From Rotaria socialis (taxonomy: Eukaryota): a DNA stretch of 64,000 nt. Location of the stretch: NCBI GenBank assembly GCA_905331295.1, contig CAJNYD010000209.1, positions 1 through 64,000 of the forward strand. The letters are read 5' to 3'. This document shows positions 1-16,191 of this stretch, piece by piece. Positions within the stretch are counted from its first letter, which is position 1. Every line of letters begins with the position of its first letter. A program made the translations under genes and the position numbers. A model generated the notes under the pieces. It made no database searches and had not been told where the DNA came from. It saw nothing but the letters and a program-made list of their open reading frames with translations.

Positions 1-2490
1 GTGGATTTCATCAAATTCGAATTTCCATCTCACAAGCTTTTAGCTCTACAATCTATGGCATTAATTGAAATAGAGCATAAAACAAGATTCGTTCTGGTGC
101 AAAGTTTGGAATAGCAAGTTTCTTTTTCAATAAGAACTATTAAAGCAAAAGAAAAGGATTCTTCAATTAGAATTTTTCATTGTGCAACACTTCGTTTTCA
201 GTTCGAATTAAAAAAATTTACTGCAATCCGTTTGATAAAAAGGGATCAACTGTGACATTTTGTGCTCTTCAATAGAAAGACAAAGTAGATCATTTATGAA
301 ATATACGAATACGTTACTATTAGTACTCGATAGAAATTTATAGTTGAAAAGTGTGAAATGAGCTCGAACTCATTAGATGTTTTATATATCATCATTAAAT
401 ATTTGCAACTGAAGTTAAAAGTAGTTAGCTAATAACTTCAATTTCTGTTTTGTTTATGATGAAATTAAAAGTTCAATGATATTTTTCAATTATTCAACCG
501 TATGATAATGAAATCTTAATAATTCAATGTCGATAATGTTCACACAACAGTCTCTGATGTGAATTAAATTAGCAAAGTAAACATCGACATATGACACAAG
601 AAGAATTTTACGTATCGATTTTGGATCAACGCTATTAGTAAATTTGTTTCGATGGGATTCAAACAGAAACTTTTGAACATTGATTTGAATGTGAATGAAA
701 AATTCATGTAACATTTGAAGAACGATCTATTTCTGTTTAATTTAAATTTATTAAAATAAAATATTATGAAATCGAATAAGAATCATCCGTCTTGATGAAT
801 TTGTTATTACTCGTTCTGATCTTGCTCGTGTAATCATTCAAGATAATTCTCATCGAACATAGAAAACAGTGTTTCGATAACGATTAGTTATTTGAATTAT
901 TCTATTTTTATTTTTTAACATTTAATTGAGAGGAAGATTCGGCATAGGGGATTTCAGCACTATAATAACAGATTTATTGCTGAATTAGGTCATTAGAGAT
1001 ATGTTGAATTTTTCGGAAGATCTCGTTTCATCTACTTTACAATCTTATTGTATATCTAACTCTCAAGTTTTTCAAATGTAACAGAAGAGAAATAGGAAAT
1101 GTATACTACCAATTTTTTCTAACAGTGTGAGATCATTTTGGCACAATGTATAGTCTACGAAATCATATCTAAAGTTAATATATTCTACAGATTTAATTTC
1201 ATATCATGTTTACTATCGTGGTATATTTTAATCGAGTTTGAAAGAGTATTGTTATTTAGAGAAGATACTGTGTAAAATAACACAAGAAGAAATCCTTGAG
1301 GGCGTGTGGGTGGGGGTGTCGGTATGGGGTTTATAGCGAGACATGATAAATACAACCACACCCACATCTCACACTCCGCACACCCTCCAGATATCTTTAA
1401 TGCTGTGTCTGATCGTCAGCCACCAAAACGAAGAAACGAATCATTGAACAGGCGATTATATAATTTAGTTCAAAATCCACATACAGACATGAAGGACCAA
1501 TTGAAATATATCGGACGCTTGTTATCAATATAGAGTCTCTTTTCTCTTGTATATTGTTAATCATTACTCTTATTGTTATTAATAAATATTTTCATGTCTT
1601 ACTTACATGTTTATTTCTAAATATTTTTGTAAGCAAGTATCCTAGCGAGCAACTAGCCTAGACCCAAGTAAGAGAAGATGCTAGTAGATTCAAACCACAC
1701 TCTAGAGAAAAATGATGCTTTTATCTTTGCTGTTTTTTTTATCGATTGAATACATGGTCACATAGATTATTTTTTTCATACCGCACGTTATCTTCTTTGC
1801 AGACGGTCAACTATGGTGTTTCTTTGTTACAGTTTTTCGAGAAAGTTCCCAATAGAAATCACTTCTTTTTTGAAAAATGCTGAGCATTATATCTCATGTG
1901 CATGAAAAAGAGAGTAGACATGATTCTAGTTTCGTATTTTGAACAACAATTTTCGGTATAGTTTGAGGCGCTCCAATATCTCACTATATATTTCAACATT
2001 CACTTGAAATGTAAAAAAAAACGTGTCCATCATTTGACACCTTTTATAAATCGATAGGTTAATAGAGTGGTCGGATTTTCTATTTAGAAACTGTACTAGG
2101 TAAAGATTACAAACGAATAATTTTGTTTCATTAATTCACTGCACACGGAAATCGATTTCTGAGTTAAGCATGATTTAAGTATTCACTGTTCGAGAGAAAT
2201 ACAATTCTTGCTTTTCTTTATTTTGTGAAACATGATTCGAGATGAATGTTGAAGTAGATCGCGAGAACTTTGACTCCGCTCTCCCTCTCAGCTGAACACC
2301 GCAGACAGTAAGCTACATTTTCGTACAGTTATTTACCTTCCTGCCAATGATAATATAACTGATGTGCGTAGAGCTCTTACTTGTGGGTATTAAGAATTCA
2401 TCGTGTTTCTCAGTTAAATTCCGTAGAGACTATGCTGAAAACTTTTACTACACACAACTTATTTTTCAATAAAAATAGATCAAAACAAAA

Positions 2491-2745
2491 ATGGTATCAT
2501 GTGGAAGAATTGTGTGTGGTATTCTAGTTATAATTACAGTGGGTATGTCTGTAATTCAAATCATTGTGGGTACCTACTATGTTCTACAACCAGAGCCAGT
2601 TCCGTGTGAGCGCTCGAACCTTCTTATCATATTGATTCTGGCTGGTGGTTGCGGTGGTGTTTTATCGGTTATGTTTCTGTCATGTTGTTGCTATGGCAGT
2701 GGATTCGGATTGAGATCATCAAACCCTGATCGGAATCGGCGATAG
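2491..2745 (+). CDS. Small putative two-TM membrane protein (84 aa), function unknown
   Basis: ATG in A-rich context. Two hydrophobic stretches (IVCGILVIITVGMSVIQIIVG; LLIILILAGGCGGVLSVMFL) separated by a Cys-containing loop, with a basic tail. No family recognised. Confidence 0.4.
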   Translation: MVSCGRIVCGILVIITVGMSVIQIIVGTYYVLQPEPVPCERSNLLIILILAGGCGGVLSVMFLSCCCYGSGFGLRSSNPDRNRR

Positions 2746-3624
2746 ATATACTATTGATGAAACGCTTGAACTTCTCTAATGGCATGCTGATAGTTACAGA
2801 CGCTTGATTCCGATCATTTATAGTGAGAAATTGAGAACCACATTTTATTGTATCTCACTGTAGCTGAACAAATTCATTACGCAATAAAATGTTTCCTATT
2901 CATTTAGCTTGTTAGTGGCATCGAAATAAATGCAGGATTTAGTTGAATGAACGCGAAATAGATATAATGAATATATAACTCCAAACACTATGAACGTATA
3001 ACATGTAATAATATTCATCAGATATCAGAAAATCATATTTGATTTTATGAACTCAGAATTTATTTGCTCCGATTCTGTCACCGTTTCATGACGTATAGTT
3101 TTGACAGGGGTGACAATGTTACTGGTCCTAATAATCTGTAATCGTGATAGTACCACGTTACCGTGAGCATCTTTAACATCAATAGAGATTTCAATATTGA
3201 CTTGTGTGAACACAAACACTGTATCACTTTTTTTATTTGTAATCATGTAGATTATCAAAATTGCAATAGATATGAACCCTGAATTCTGTTTTCCAGCGTG
3301 AAGAAACAGCAGTTGAGTGTTCAATTGAATAAGAATATCATTTTTCTTTTCGAGTTGTTAATAAATCTATGTTTGTTTCAAAATTGCTTTGCAATTCTTT
3401 TTAAGGCATTTTTATCAGTTAACACAGAGCATAAAGTCTTTTTGAATGAAGTTATGAGAAGTGCACAATCTGTAAATGCACTGATAGTGTGCATGTGCAT
3501 TGACTACAGTATTTACTGAAGGAATGCAAAATACTGTGGCCAACTCTTATTTGTGATACTACTTGTGAAAGCGTTGTATTATGTCGTTTTGTTTTAGAAA
3601 GTGAATAAGAAGAGGAAGCAAAGC

Positions 3625-4856
3625 ATGTACACCGAAGTGAATCTTTGCAACACAGATAATCTCTTGATAGTGTTAAAATTTTTGGTAACTTTTGCTTTCT
3701 ATTCAAAATCTTTTGATAATATGCATTTTTTTATTTTGTATTTAGAGAGCGCAATTACCTCAATCCATTTTTCCTTGGCAATTACTCACTTATGTCTACC
3801 AAAATGTTCTCACTCGAGATGATATTTATACACAGGTCTTTGTTGATAATCTGACTGAAATAAAATGTGTTATAATATTGTATTCTGCGTTTGGTCTCGT
3901 TCCTCATTGGAACCTCATTGAAAATTATATTCGCAATTGCACGATTGTTTGTGACAAAGAATATACAAAAGATATTCTTGTTGAAATGTTATCAAAATGT
4001 ATTCCATGGAAACAAAGAGTCATGTTTTGTGCTGTTGAACAAAATTATATCACACCAGTGATTGAAGAATTTGTAGCTGAGAAGAAAATCGGCAGCTACA
4101 AAATATGGCGATACATTCAATTTGAATTGGATAAAAATGTATTTCTGGAAAAATCCAAAATACTTCCAACAACAGTTCCAGAAGGTATCAATGTGCTTAG
4201 AAATATATAAAACGTTTTGAATTTGTAATCATAGGAATTGAAATTCGACCATTACAACCTGAAGACGCTTTATTTATGATTGAAGAAGGGGGCTACACAC
4301 CAGACGATCTGTACTCTGTGACTCAAATTCAATTTTGTATTAAGAACTTATGCAGCATGGGTAAGTTTTTCGGCTATTTATGTCAAGATAGTATAGTAAT
4401 GGTACAACTTTCGTATTTGGAGCAGATTTTACAGATATTCCATAAAACTGTCCATATGATCTTATTTCCGAAAGGGCTCTCAAAGTGCTTGTTTCTTTAT
4501 TAATACAACTTGAGTTTGAATTCTAATTTTTTTTAATAGGTGCGTATCGTCATGGCAAACTTCTCTGCTGGCGACTCTTGCAATATGACGGCTCTCTCGA
4601 TATGGTATATACTGTTCCTGAAGCTCGTCGACTAGGACTCTCGTCTCTGTTGAGTGTTCGATTGGCGGCAGAAATTTTCAAAATTCAGGAACGTGTATTC
4701 GGGCATACAGCTTTAAATAATCGAAATTCATTGGGATTAGCAGCTAAAATGGGTTTTCATGAGACAGGCATATGTGACTGGATTGTATTCGAACCGAAAT
4801 ATACCTGTGCCAAAGGAGATCCACAGCAGCTTGATGTACTAAAATCTTCGATATAA
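3625..4856 (+). CDS. Glycine N-acyltransferase-like GNAT acetyltransferase (4 coding exons)
   Basis: GT-AG exons ~3625-3684, 3746-4184, 4235-4360 and 4540-4856 join in frame: MYTEVNLCNTDNLLIVLKFL-RAQLPQS...EIRPLQPED...GAYRHGKLLCW...LDMVYTVPEARRLGLS...NRNSLGLAAKMGF. This includes the GNAT acetyl-CoA motif A (V.PE.RR.GL) and the N..S.....K.GF motif. Confidence 0.75.
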
Positions 4857-5439
4857 CTTTGCACTCTTGAAGAATGTTTCAAATGAATTCCTTTTTTTAT
4901 TACCGTAAAATGCATAGAAAAATATATATAAAAATTCATTTCGTAACTATTACACATTGGAGAATATGGTATCAACTTTGACTTGATACTATGGAAACCA
5001 TAGATATCGATATCATAATGGAGTACATCACTAACACATAAAATACTGAGATCGACGCGAAACTTAATTTCGAATCGTTCTGATTAGGTTCACTAGATTG
5101 AAATTTTCCATTGGTGTCAAAGAAAGAAATCAATTAAAAAGTATGAATCATATGTTACAAGCAGATACCAATCATGACAACGATAGTTTTGATATTTTCA
5201 TGATTTGATATCCACATGAACTAATTATAATTACAAATTATATCAGAAATAACAAAACAAAGCATTATTGTACTTGATTTTGCAGTTTTGCTGTATTCGT
5301 TTTTCCTTAACACTGTACTTTAAAAATATTGAATATTTTACGAAAGATACATGGTGATTTAAAAAGGAACTACTCTATATCTTGATTAATTTCGTTCGAC
5401 ATTTTATCATCGCCTTGGGTAACAATCATAAATTTGTTG

Positions 5440-6560
5440 CAACCAAAATGAATTATAATAAAGCTACTGAGAAACAAAAAGATTCATTTGCCACTTTACT
5501 CCATCACTGGATTTGTTTGAGCATCCAACCAATTAACACAATTCAAGAGACTAGTTTGAAAGAAATAATGAATCAATGTATTCAAATGAGTAATTATAAA
5601 TTTTACTTTTTAACTAAGATTATTTTCTTTTCTTTTCTTTTATAGGTTTTATGCATGGTCCTATTTCTACTTCATATCTATTACCCCGTCGAAAAACGTT
5701 AACTAAAGAAATTTAAAAAATAGTACTATCGGTCGTAATGAAATGAAGATGGTCTTATCTTGGATATACTGTACAATGGACCGATCAAGATTGCAATTTA
5801 TATGCATTTGAATCTTTTTGTTTAACATATAGAAAATATAATAAAACCGCTCTGAATCTAATCCAGTAAGTATCTCATTTATTCGCTACATATTAAAATT
5901 GATCTGCACATGATTATCTGGGCATCAAATAAGGATTAGTATTTTACGATGTACAATCATTTATGTTTGATATTATTTCGATATGTGATAGAGAAAGCAA
6001 TTTCAAGAACGTGTTGAAGAAATTCATGGTTGTACATAGGATGGCAAACCGATTAAATAATGTGCTTCAGCAAATATTCTATCAAGCCAAAATTAATGAA
6101 GTAAAAAAAGATATCATATATGTTGATTCAGTTGAGTATGATAATGATCATATTAGCGCAAGTGATACTGACAACAATTACAGGTACTGTGATGATGGCA
6201 AGTTGCTTGAAAAAAGAACCAGAACTGTAATTAATGTTTATATAACGTGAAGTCGAATTAATCCTAGTACAATTATTCAGTGCAAACAGTTAGTGAAATA
6301 CATTAAGAAAGTAAATTCAATATTAGAACTCTTTTTCTTAAATCTGAGCATTAGAACAATAATGATCAAAAATTTTTATATTTTAAAGTGCACTTGAACC
6401 AATAACACAATGATAGAGGAACTACTGCTTTAATTCAGAGTGCAGCCATTAGATAATTGAAGCATATTGAATCACTTCAGTTACGGTCTATTCATACAGT
6501 GAAACCAAGATTATTTGCAATCAGTTCCTCATTAAAAATACAATGTAATGATGCAAAACA
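5440..6560 (+). pseudogene. Highly decayed hAT-like transposase relic
   Basis: Fragments such as HWICLSIQPINTIQETSLKEIMNQCIQM, HGPISTSYLLPRRKTLTKEI and LIQSAAIR* resemble hAT motifs (WIC..RPF.IVED.G; LP.R.T; L.Q...TRWNS). Many stops, no TIRs found, boundaries approximate. Confidence 0.35.
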
Positions 6561-9486
6561 AGAAAGAGATAAATGACTGTAGCGCTTTCTATCTAGTAGT
6601 CGCACAGATTTCAACTTTGTTAGGCTTTTCTTTTTCTGTCCAATAGGTTAGATAAGTGAGCAAGGATTTAGTAACCCAATTAACAATCAATAAAAAAAAC
6701 TTGAGCGTTGTTTTAACTTTTTTAAATAATTGTAATACTTATTTTTGTTATCTAAGAAAATGTCTCTCCTTACATACGAATACCATTTCTATTCTGATAT
6801 AGCATTGCCACATTGGATTATAACTGCTTTTTTATTCTTTTGATGATATCCCAGGTCCAAACCGTACGGCGGAAAACTGTTGGTTCCGGTGAAATTCCTG
6901 CAACCGGAAGCGATAGGATCTATTCGAAAACTTATTCTTTATAACTACATGACTTTAATACCTTACAATCGACAAATTAGATCGCTCTCTCAAAGGAATC
7001 TATAGCATACAATTGTATATTCAATGTTCAAACGCATGGAATATTAAGAAAAAGTTACAATTCCATACAGCCATTGATAAAGATTTTGGCTCTCTTCAAA
7101 ACATTGGACTAAATTGGACATGATAGCCATTCTTAAAGCAGTTTTAAGAAGTACGAATTTAACAGCAGTGTGAGAACAAGCCGCTTGGATACAAAATACC
7201 GCGTAAGAGATTGCACAGCTCACAACCCACTGCTGAAAGCAATAGTGGAGTAGAGATCACGATAGACTATTCAATTATGTCTTCAAATTCGAAGATATTA
7301 TTTAGCTCAGATAATCCCTCGTGACAATGCACGATAACTAGCTAAACGAAACCACTACTGAGCTGATTTAAATTGATTTAATTGCCAAGAGTTCGAAAAC
7401 ATCTGATACAAAATAAACCGACACCATAAAAAGCACTAAATTAAACGGCCATCTCTGGAAAGTCTAAAAACCGACAAAATACTCAAATCTTATCATTTTA
7501 AAGGTCTTCAAGCACACGTGTCACAGATACGAACGGAAGGTGATAGACAGGCGCTGGACCAGAAAGGCTATTCTCTCCGAATCCAACCGAGTTAGATATG
7601 TCGAAAACGAAAGCGCTCAAAAATAAGGTACTGAAATACTAAAACAGTCTTCAGGCTGCATAGCAGCCGACCTTCACCTATATATATGCGTGTTCGACAC
7701 TTAGAAGTTCATTCACTCGTCCATGCAGCTACTAGTAAAGTGCCTTCAAGACTGCCTGAGACTCTTCAAATTGGCCTAGCGATACATAAACACCCTGAAG
7801 ATCACCAATCTGTCTACATGAGTGAGCATTTAAAATTCCAACGCCAGAGACGCAACACACCTGTTCAGGTAAGTCACAGGTAACACTTCGCATACTTTTT
7901 TTTATACCAAAACTTTCTCAAAATCATTACAACCCCATTTCTAATATTAATCGATGATAATTGAAAACAAGAATCGACATAGGACTTTGAACTTCTTATA
8001 GATCTTCCTTGAGCAACATTTACAATCAGTGTTGTACTATCTATCGGCAGAATATCATATAATTAAGGTAAAGAGAACAAATCACCTTCAAAGATCTTTA
8101 TTACGCAATAAAATCATGATTTCAGGCTTAAATCAAGCCCGAGTTTCCGGTTTGTCTCATCAGTATCCTTTGCTTGTCCGTTTTGGATGTGAAGGTTTCT
8201 GCTAGCATTCCTGATTTCCTCCTCCCTGTTCCTGTAGGATCATTGTATGCTCCTTAGAGTTTCCTATGACTGGATTTGGGAGGAAGTTAAGGGTTCAGGG
8301 TACGGTTTTTTCCGGACGTAATACTGCTTCCACTTCCTATTGCTTTTCCTGCAGGATCCGGCGGAAAGGACTAGGGAACCGGTGGGAAATCACTGGAAAG
8401 AAGTCGTTTTCAGTACGACATCATATTTGAAAAGTTCATCCGATATATATTTTAGTAAATTGTTTCTGTAGGTTCGAGACTTAAGAACAAATAGAGGTTA
8501 TTGATATACCGTGATTAATAGATTGATAGATGTCAATTTTTATTGTAGTGTAATGAGGACGAAATATATAATGATATTAGCTATAGGTAACAACGTTTTA
8601 TGTCTGTTTTTGGTTGTATGTCGCTTTCTCGATATACTTTGTTTGTTGTTGGTTCTCGTTATTTTATATATTGGTGTTTTCGTTGATTGTTAACACTAAT
8701 TATGGCATTGAATGACCTTCGTTCCATGAATAATGGCGGTGTCATAATTTGTGGTTAGATCGGTAGTGTTATTTTAACCATAGTTCATGTCTGTAATGTG
8801 CGATAAGATATATTCTTGTTGTCAATTTATTATCCTATGTTGTACGTCTCAAAATTGATTTTACTGCAACCAGAGGTCACGCGAAGTACCTAAGATTGGG
8901 GTAGGAAGTGTAAAGGAGTATTTTTAACAAAGCTTAGCAAAAAAAAGTACAGAAAATGTACGCTTGTTGATGGAAAAATTGAAAATTTTCAATTATTGGG
9001 GGTTTACACTGCCCCACACGTACACCCCGCTCCCATTGCCCCTGACTGCAACACGTCTCGTAAGATTGATCAGTGAGAATTGACTTTTTGACTGCTTTAT
9101 TCAGTAGTTCATGACGCGTGTAAAATAAATCTTTGCGAGCAATTGAGCAACGATATAAGAAATACGATTAGGATTATCAGATCTATATTTTATCACAAAT
9201 GGCTCAGCTACATCTTTGTGATATGTTGAAGTTCTTAATGTTCCGTTTCTACTTTGGATAAATGCATTAAGAAATGAGACAATTCTATCAATCTGACGTA
9301 CTAATTTAATAATTCGATGAATGCTGTTTGTCCTATCTAGCATCTGATCGATTGATTCAAAATATTGAAAAAAATATCATCAATTTATCTGTGAACTAGT
9401 AAAGAAGCTTGAATTTATTTCGAAGAAATATCAATGCAGTAATCAACTAAATTAATATGTTCTTTCGTTATGATCACTCATTAGAA

Positions 9487-11355
<1,869 letters not shown>

Positions 11356-12564
11356 TTTGTGAGGGAATGTATGTGAACGGTATGAGTATATTTGTACTTC
11401 TGACGAAAATGTGCCTTGAATGTTTATTTGTTCTTTACTGATAAGGAAAAGAGAATAGTCCACATGAGATAGAATGCATTTGGCTGACTTTATGATCATA
11501 AACAAACTCTTATATATATAAGAACGAAAACAAATAGTTACATTGTATCATTATATTTCTGTAGTATATAATGAGATGATCAAGCCCATTCAAGCTTTCA
11601 TTTCTATTTTATTGATTTAATTTAAAGTATCAATAAACATCAATACTAGATTAGATATCACCAATTTGTCAGATGCGTGTTCAAGGAATGGCAAATAGGA
11701 ATCCCATGGTAGCTTCCGCATAGTTTCTTGAATGCGAAATTTAAAAAAATACAATACCCACAACAATATATTTTACCCAACATGAATGTCGATGCAAAAA
11801 ACATTACCGAAGATATCATCACTTTAACTTTCATGGATCAGGAAATGAATTGTTGATTCTCATTTCCATGAGCAGCTATCACAGGAACGACAACATACGC
11901 TCAACAGATTAGGAATTTCAATTTTTGAACACTACTGAACGCAATCAATCAATTTACGTTACTGTTCTGATACGAATTCCCCTCTAATCCTGTAAAAAGA
12001 ATTTCCAACAATAATCTGATGTTAGAAAAATGTTTACCCAACTGCTCAATTAGATTTATTGATGACAAGAGAAAATCACATTTTTATTAAATTTTCAAAA
12101 TAATAATAATTGTTTAGAAACATCGTTTAATATTTTGATATATAACTTGTTATCATTAGGCAAAGAAACATCGCGAAATGATTCAGATCATAATTAGTAA
12201 TTGCTATTGATTGTTTCGGATTTGTTGATATAGTTGAAGTCAGCAACGTTGTTATCACTAAAAGACAGAGATACTTAATATCGTTGAAAATAATCGTATG
12301 AGATTGTTCGAAATTTCCAGTTTATCAATAAACCATTATTCAAACAGCTAACGATTTTAACCTACTATTCAATAAAATATGATCGTATACATGTTAAACG
12401 AAGTGAACCATATTGATGACTGTGAGAAGGTGATGGAATTTCACATTAACCTGTGTCGATTACAGCGTAGTTTGATTTAAAGATTGAGCAAATATAATTA
12501 CAATCACGAAGACATTGTAAAGTTACGGACGTGCCGAGACAAACATGTGCAGAAAATATCGGTG

Positions 12565-12723
12565 AAATTTGGTAATGATTTTACTTTATATTGAATATCT
12601 ACTGTTTTGATACAAATAGGAGTCATAGCTAATTTGCGTCTATCACAATAGACATAAGCTACATGTGGCGTACTTATTATTAAATAGTCATCTGTACAAA
12701 TCTCATGCATCGACGAATGCTTT
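12565..12723 (-). pseudogene. Isolated CUB-domain gene fragment related to the 26.8-29.8 kb pseudogene
   Basis: Translates as HSSMHEICTDDYLIISTPHVAYVYCDRRKLAMTPICIKTVDIQYK (CUB-like C.DDYL.I....YC). Its first 34 nt (12690-12723) match 26822-26855 with 3 mismatches. Confidence 0.55.
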
Positions 12724-13902
12724 GGGTGTGGGTGTGGGTGTGCATTAGAAGAAGAAGGCTCACATCCATCCTTAACTATGTGGGTCTACTATTAGTAATG
12801 ACTGAAATAAGTATCTCCTGCCATCATCCAGATACTCATTGAAAACAAAGAGCGATTTTTTCCCTGGTAGTCAACAGTCTGATTGAATTTCAATATCGGA
12901 TCTTTTTGAAACACTAGCTATGAGAAGATAAAAACAGTACCAGTCTTCAACTTGGAGCTGCTGTTTGTTATAAGGGTTTCATGACTTGTCTATCGATTCA
13001 AACAAACAACACCCACTTTTATGTTGATTAGATTTCAGATGATCATACTTTTACAAAGCGCTTTATCAAAAATAATTGTTTTTGGCTAATTTGAATGAAA
13101 TGGGTCGCTGATATTCACAACATCTACCATACATCTCCAATCACCATTTACTAATCATTTTGTTTTTGATTTATGTTCTTTATTTTTTCTTTTTGCAAAG
13201 AAAAAAATCATATTACGAAATGTTGACATTGAATGCCAATAAGTGCATTAGAATAATAACACGGGACGACAACGCTGGGTAACTTATCAGTGGCAGAAAT
13301 CGAAAGAATTCTGATGAATCATTGATTAATCCTACTCATGACTATTGCTCTTTCTCTTCTAGCTTTCTTTTTTTCATACTCCTATGCAATTTTGCTTGGT
13401 AGTAGACACTTTTCATGTCACTCCCGATGCTGTTTTTCACATAAAGTAAACAACATTGGAGAAAAAGTGTTCGAAAAAACCCACAAATCGCTTCTATAAA
13501 TTCATTCGAAATTCAGTCGATTGTTGAACAATCGATCATCGAACGTGTAAACTGTTTTTCAAATGTAAGCAGATTATTGTCCTCGTAAGATTTTTTCTTC
13601 ATAGTCCTACTAACGATGCTCGATGTTTATGTGTAAACTCTGCCTGGCATACATATATTTTTGAAGAAAATAGTGAGTGTAAATTTAAGGGGCAGAATTT
13701 TGCGGCTCCCCGCCTCCTCCCCTTACAGACATTAAAAGCTAATTATTAATTAGAATAAAAAATTAAAAAAATGAAGGAAAAGCAAAAAATAGGAAAAATG
13801 CGAAAGAAAGAAGGGCGCCAACCAAAATACAATAATCTTTTGAAAATGTAAAAATAAATGAGAGAGATTTTGCTGTGATGATCAATTATTTTGAAAAATT
13901 AG

Positions 13903-14130
13903 TACACAGAAAAAAGGTTCCATGCGGAACCTTTTAGCGCCAAAAATGGTTTCGTGCGTGCTATGGAACTTAAAAATAGTTTCGTACATACTATGGAACT
14001 TAAAAAAGGTTTCGAGATTTGCAACGAAATCTAAACCTTTTGAAGGTTTCGTAGACTTTCATTGAAACCTCTAAGAAAGTTTGAATTTCGTTGCCAATTA
14101 AGTTCCGCGTAGAACCTTTTTTTGAGTGTA
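13903..14130. mobile_element. MITE with TA-CAC...GTG-TA termini (CACTA/EnSpm-like or Tc1-like non-autonomous element)
   Basis: Imperfect TIRs TACACAGAAAAAAAGGTTCCATGCGGAAC / GTTCCGCGTAGAACCTTTTTTTGAGTGTA. Internal tandem GGTTTCG...TATGGAACTTAAAAA subrepeats. Confidence 0.65.
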
Positions 14131-14964
14131 GCCTGAGAAATTTCTCATTTTACACATTTTTATTGGTTTATCGAGGCTTCAAGGATATACGTGAGTTCCA
14201 CATTTTAGCCCCAAAGGGGTTGCATTGAATAGCGTTTTCAACTCAACTCAACTCAACTCAATTCAATATCTTGAATAAGATTTTTTTCCAACTCAACTCA
14301 ATGCAATTCCCTTCCCTCCCTTCCCGCTCAGATTAAAAGGCCCCAGGCTTTCTAAAATGACCAAGAACAATACAAATTTAGGGAGGCCTGCTATTTAGGT
14401 GACCCTTCTATTAGAAATGTACGAAGAAAAATGTAATGTTACAAATTTGATTCAGACAAGAAAAAGGAGGCAGTATTATATTAAAGACATGCTCATACAC
14501 AAGGGGAATCACTATTATTCCAAGTCATACTACATACAAAGAACAAATTGAAACCGTGGATACAATATAAGGCGCAAGCCTTCTATTTAGGCAATCACTC
14601 AACAGTTTTAGGTGGGCCTTCTAATCGGGGAGCCCTCTCTAATCCAAGACGGCTTTCTATTCCGGGGAGGGATTTAGTAGACTCTGTAAAATGTTTATCA
14701 ACTCAATTCAACTAGGTACATGAATTGAATTAAGTTCAGTACAGTTGCTCGTTTTTTTAATTGAGTTCCCCAGCTATACTTCAATACGTTTACGGAGTCC
14801 TGTCGGAATCACCAAGTCGACTTTTCTATAGGATTGCAATCAAAATCGCCACTCCCTAATGGAAGCACTAAACCATTTGTAGTATTGGATGTGTTCCAAC
14901 AATTCTGATGGTTTCCTCCATCACATACAGCTCAGTTATTATCGAATGTTTATTAGGTTCCATG

Positions 14965-15268
14965 TATTCCGTGAGCTACGTGGGTTCAGCAGTCGGCGGG
15001 GTTCCGTGAGTTCGGTAGTTCGGCAGTTCCGCAGGTTCCGTGAGTCCAGCAGTTCAGGGAGTTCAAGATTTCAGGGGGTTCCGTGAGCTCGCCAGTTCCG
15101 AAGGTTTTGTGAATTCTGCTGTTTCGTGAGTCCTGAGGGTTCTATGAGTTGCGTGAGTTCAGCAGTTCAGAGGGCTCCGTGAGTTCAGTAGTTCCGAGGG
15201 TTCCGTGAATTCTATAGAATTTATTGCTAAATAATATTGGTGTAGAGTTCGAAGAGTTCCGTGAGCTC
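14965..15268. repeat. Minisatellite built on a GTTCCGTGAGTTCAGCAGTTC-like motif
   Basis: About ten degenerate copies of (G)TTCCGTGAG(T/C)TC...CAGTTC visible directly. Confidence 0.75.
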
Positions 15269-15466
15269 AGAACACACGCAACTCGGATACCTCTCAATTG
15301 GTATTTTTAAAATGTCTTCTTTTTAGTGAAAACACATTCGAAGTACAGACTCTTACTGTTTTCTTTCGAGAGTATAAACGCGGAATACATATGTAATGAT
15401 TGCCTAAAAATGCGTCTTTGCGTTTTCTAGATTAAGAGACACATCGTCTTTTTCTATTCAATACAG

Positions 15467-15929
15467 ATGGCGAGTCCAGAGTCGATTATAAAGTTAATAT
15501 TCGCCTGTGCTATGCGTATTAAGGGCATGGCGGATAAAACAAAAGGGAACAACGAAGACGTTAATGATTTATCGGAAAGAATCCAAACGCTAACTAGTGA
15601 ACTGAACCCAAAGAAATTCACCCATCAAGGATCAATGAAAGTACTTGGAAGCTTATTGGATTGCATTGAAAACTGCGAACAGTTCATAAAAAAATATTCT
15701 ACTCATGGCAGTGCAAATCACTTTTTTAAGAGCGGTGAGTACTCAAAGCGTTTCACAGAATTGAAGAGCAATTTATTGGCACGTCAGATGGACTTGAATA
15801 CGATTTTAAATCTTAAACAGACTCACAATCAAGAAATATTCGGGCAAAAGGTGGACTCTGGCTTTGCTGACACCAAACAAGGGATACATAGAATTGAGCA
15901 AAAGTTCGACGAATTAAATAAACGAGTCG
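15467..15929 (+). CDS. Exon encoding an MLKL N-terminal (HeLo-like four-helix bundle) domain; downstream exons not found
   Basis: MASPESIIKLIFACAMRIKGMADKTKGNNEDVNDLSERIQTL...LLDCIENCEQFIKKY...FFKSGEYSKRFTELKSNL fits the MLKL_NTD pattern (N...C..L..R...L; L..C..FI.KY; F.S..Y..RF..L). Ends at donor G|GTAAG (15930). The rest of the ORF-track ORF is intronic repeat. Confidence 0.65.
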
Positions 15930-16191
15930 GTAAGGTGTGCTCAATAGAAGGGGTGTGGGTGTGGGTGTGCATTAGAAGAAGAAGACCCACACTCACACCC
16001 TTACTTCTATTTGTTATATTTACCTATATTTGTTGTGAGCACAATAAGAGCCCGTACCGCTTTCTCTACTCGCAAAAAAAGGGTATCGCCGGTACGTGTT
16101 GTTGAGACGATCCTAAACAAAAAGAAGAAGAGTAACTTATATTTTAAGATTGAACGTACCACTGAATTGATTATTTATATATTCCCAAATA

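Noticed and set aside
1306..1533. 75-aa ORF
   Set aside because: The 5' half is the telomere-motif hairpin element. The rest may be a gene or transposase tail but has no recognisable motif.
11690..12480. Possible decayed minus-strand gene (F-box/LRR-like fragments)
   Set aside because: Only vague peptide fragments with many stops. It cannot be supported without a search.
14889..15086. Ser/Arg-rich ORF
   Set aside because: Translation of the minisatellite.
15930..16105. C-terminal extension (VWVWVC...) of the 212-aa ORF
   Set aside because: Read-through past a strong GTAAG donor into the hairpin repeat, so it is not considered coding.
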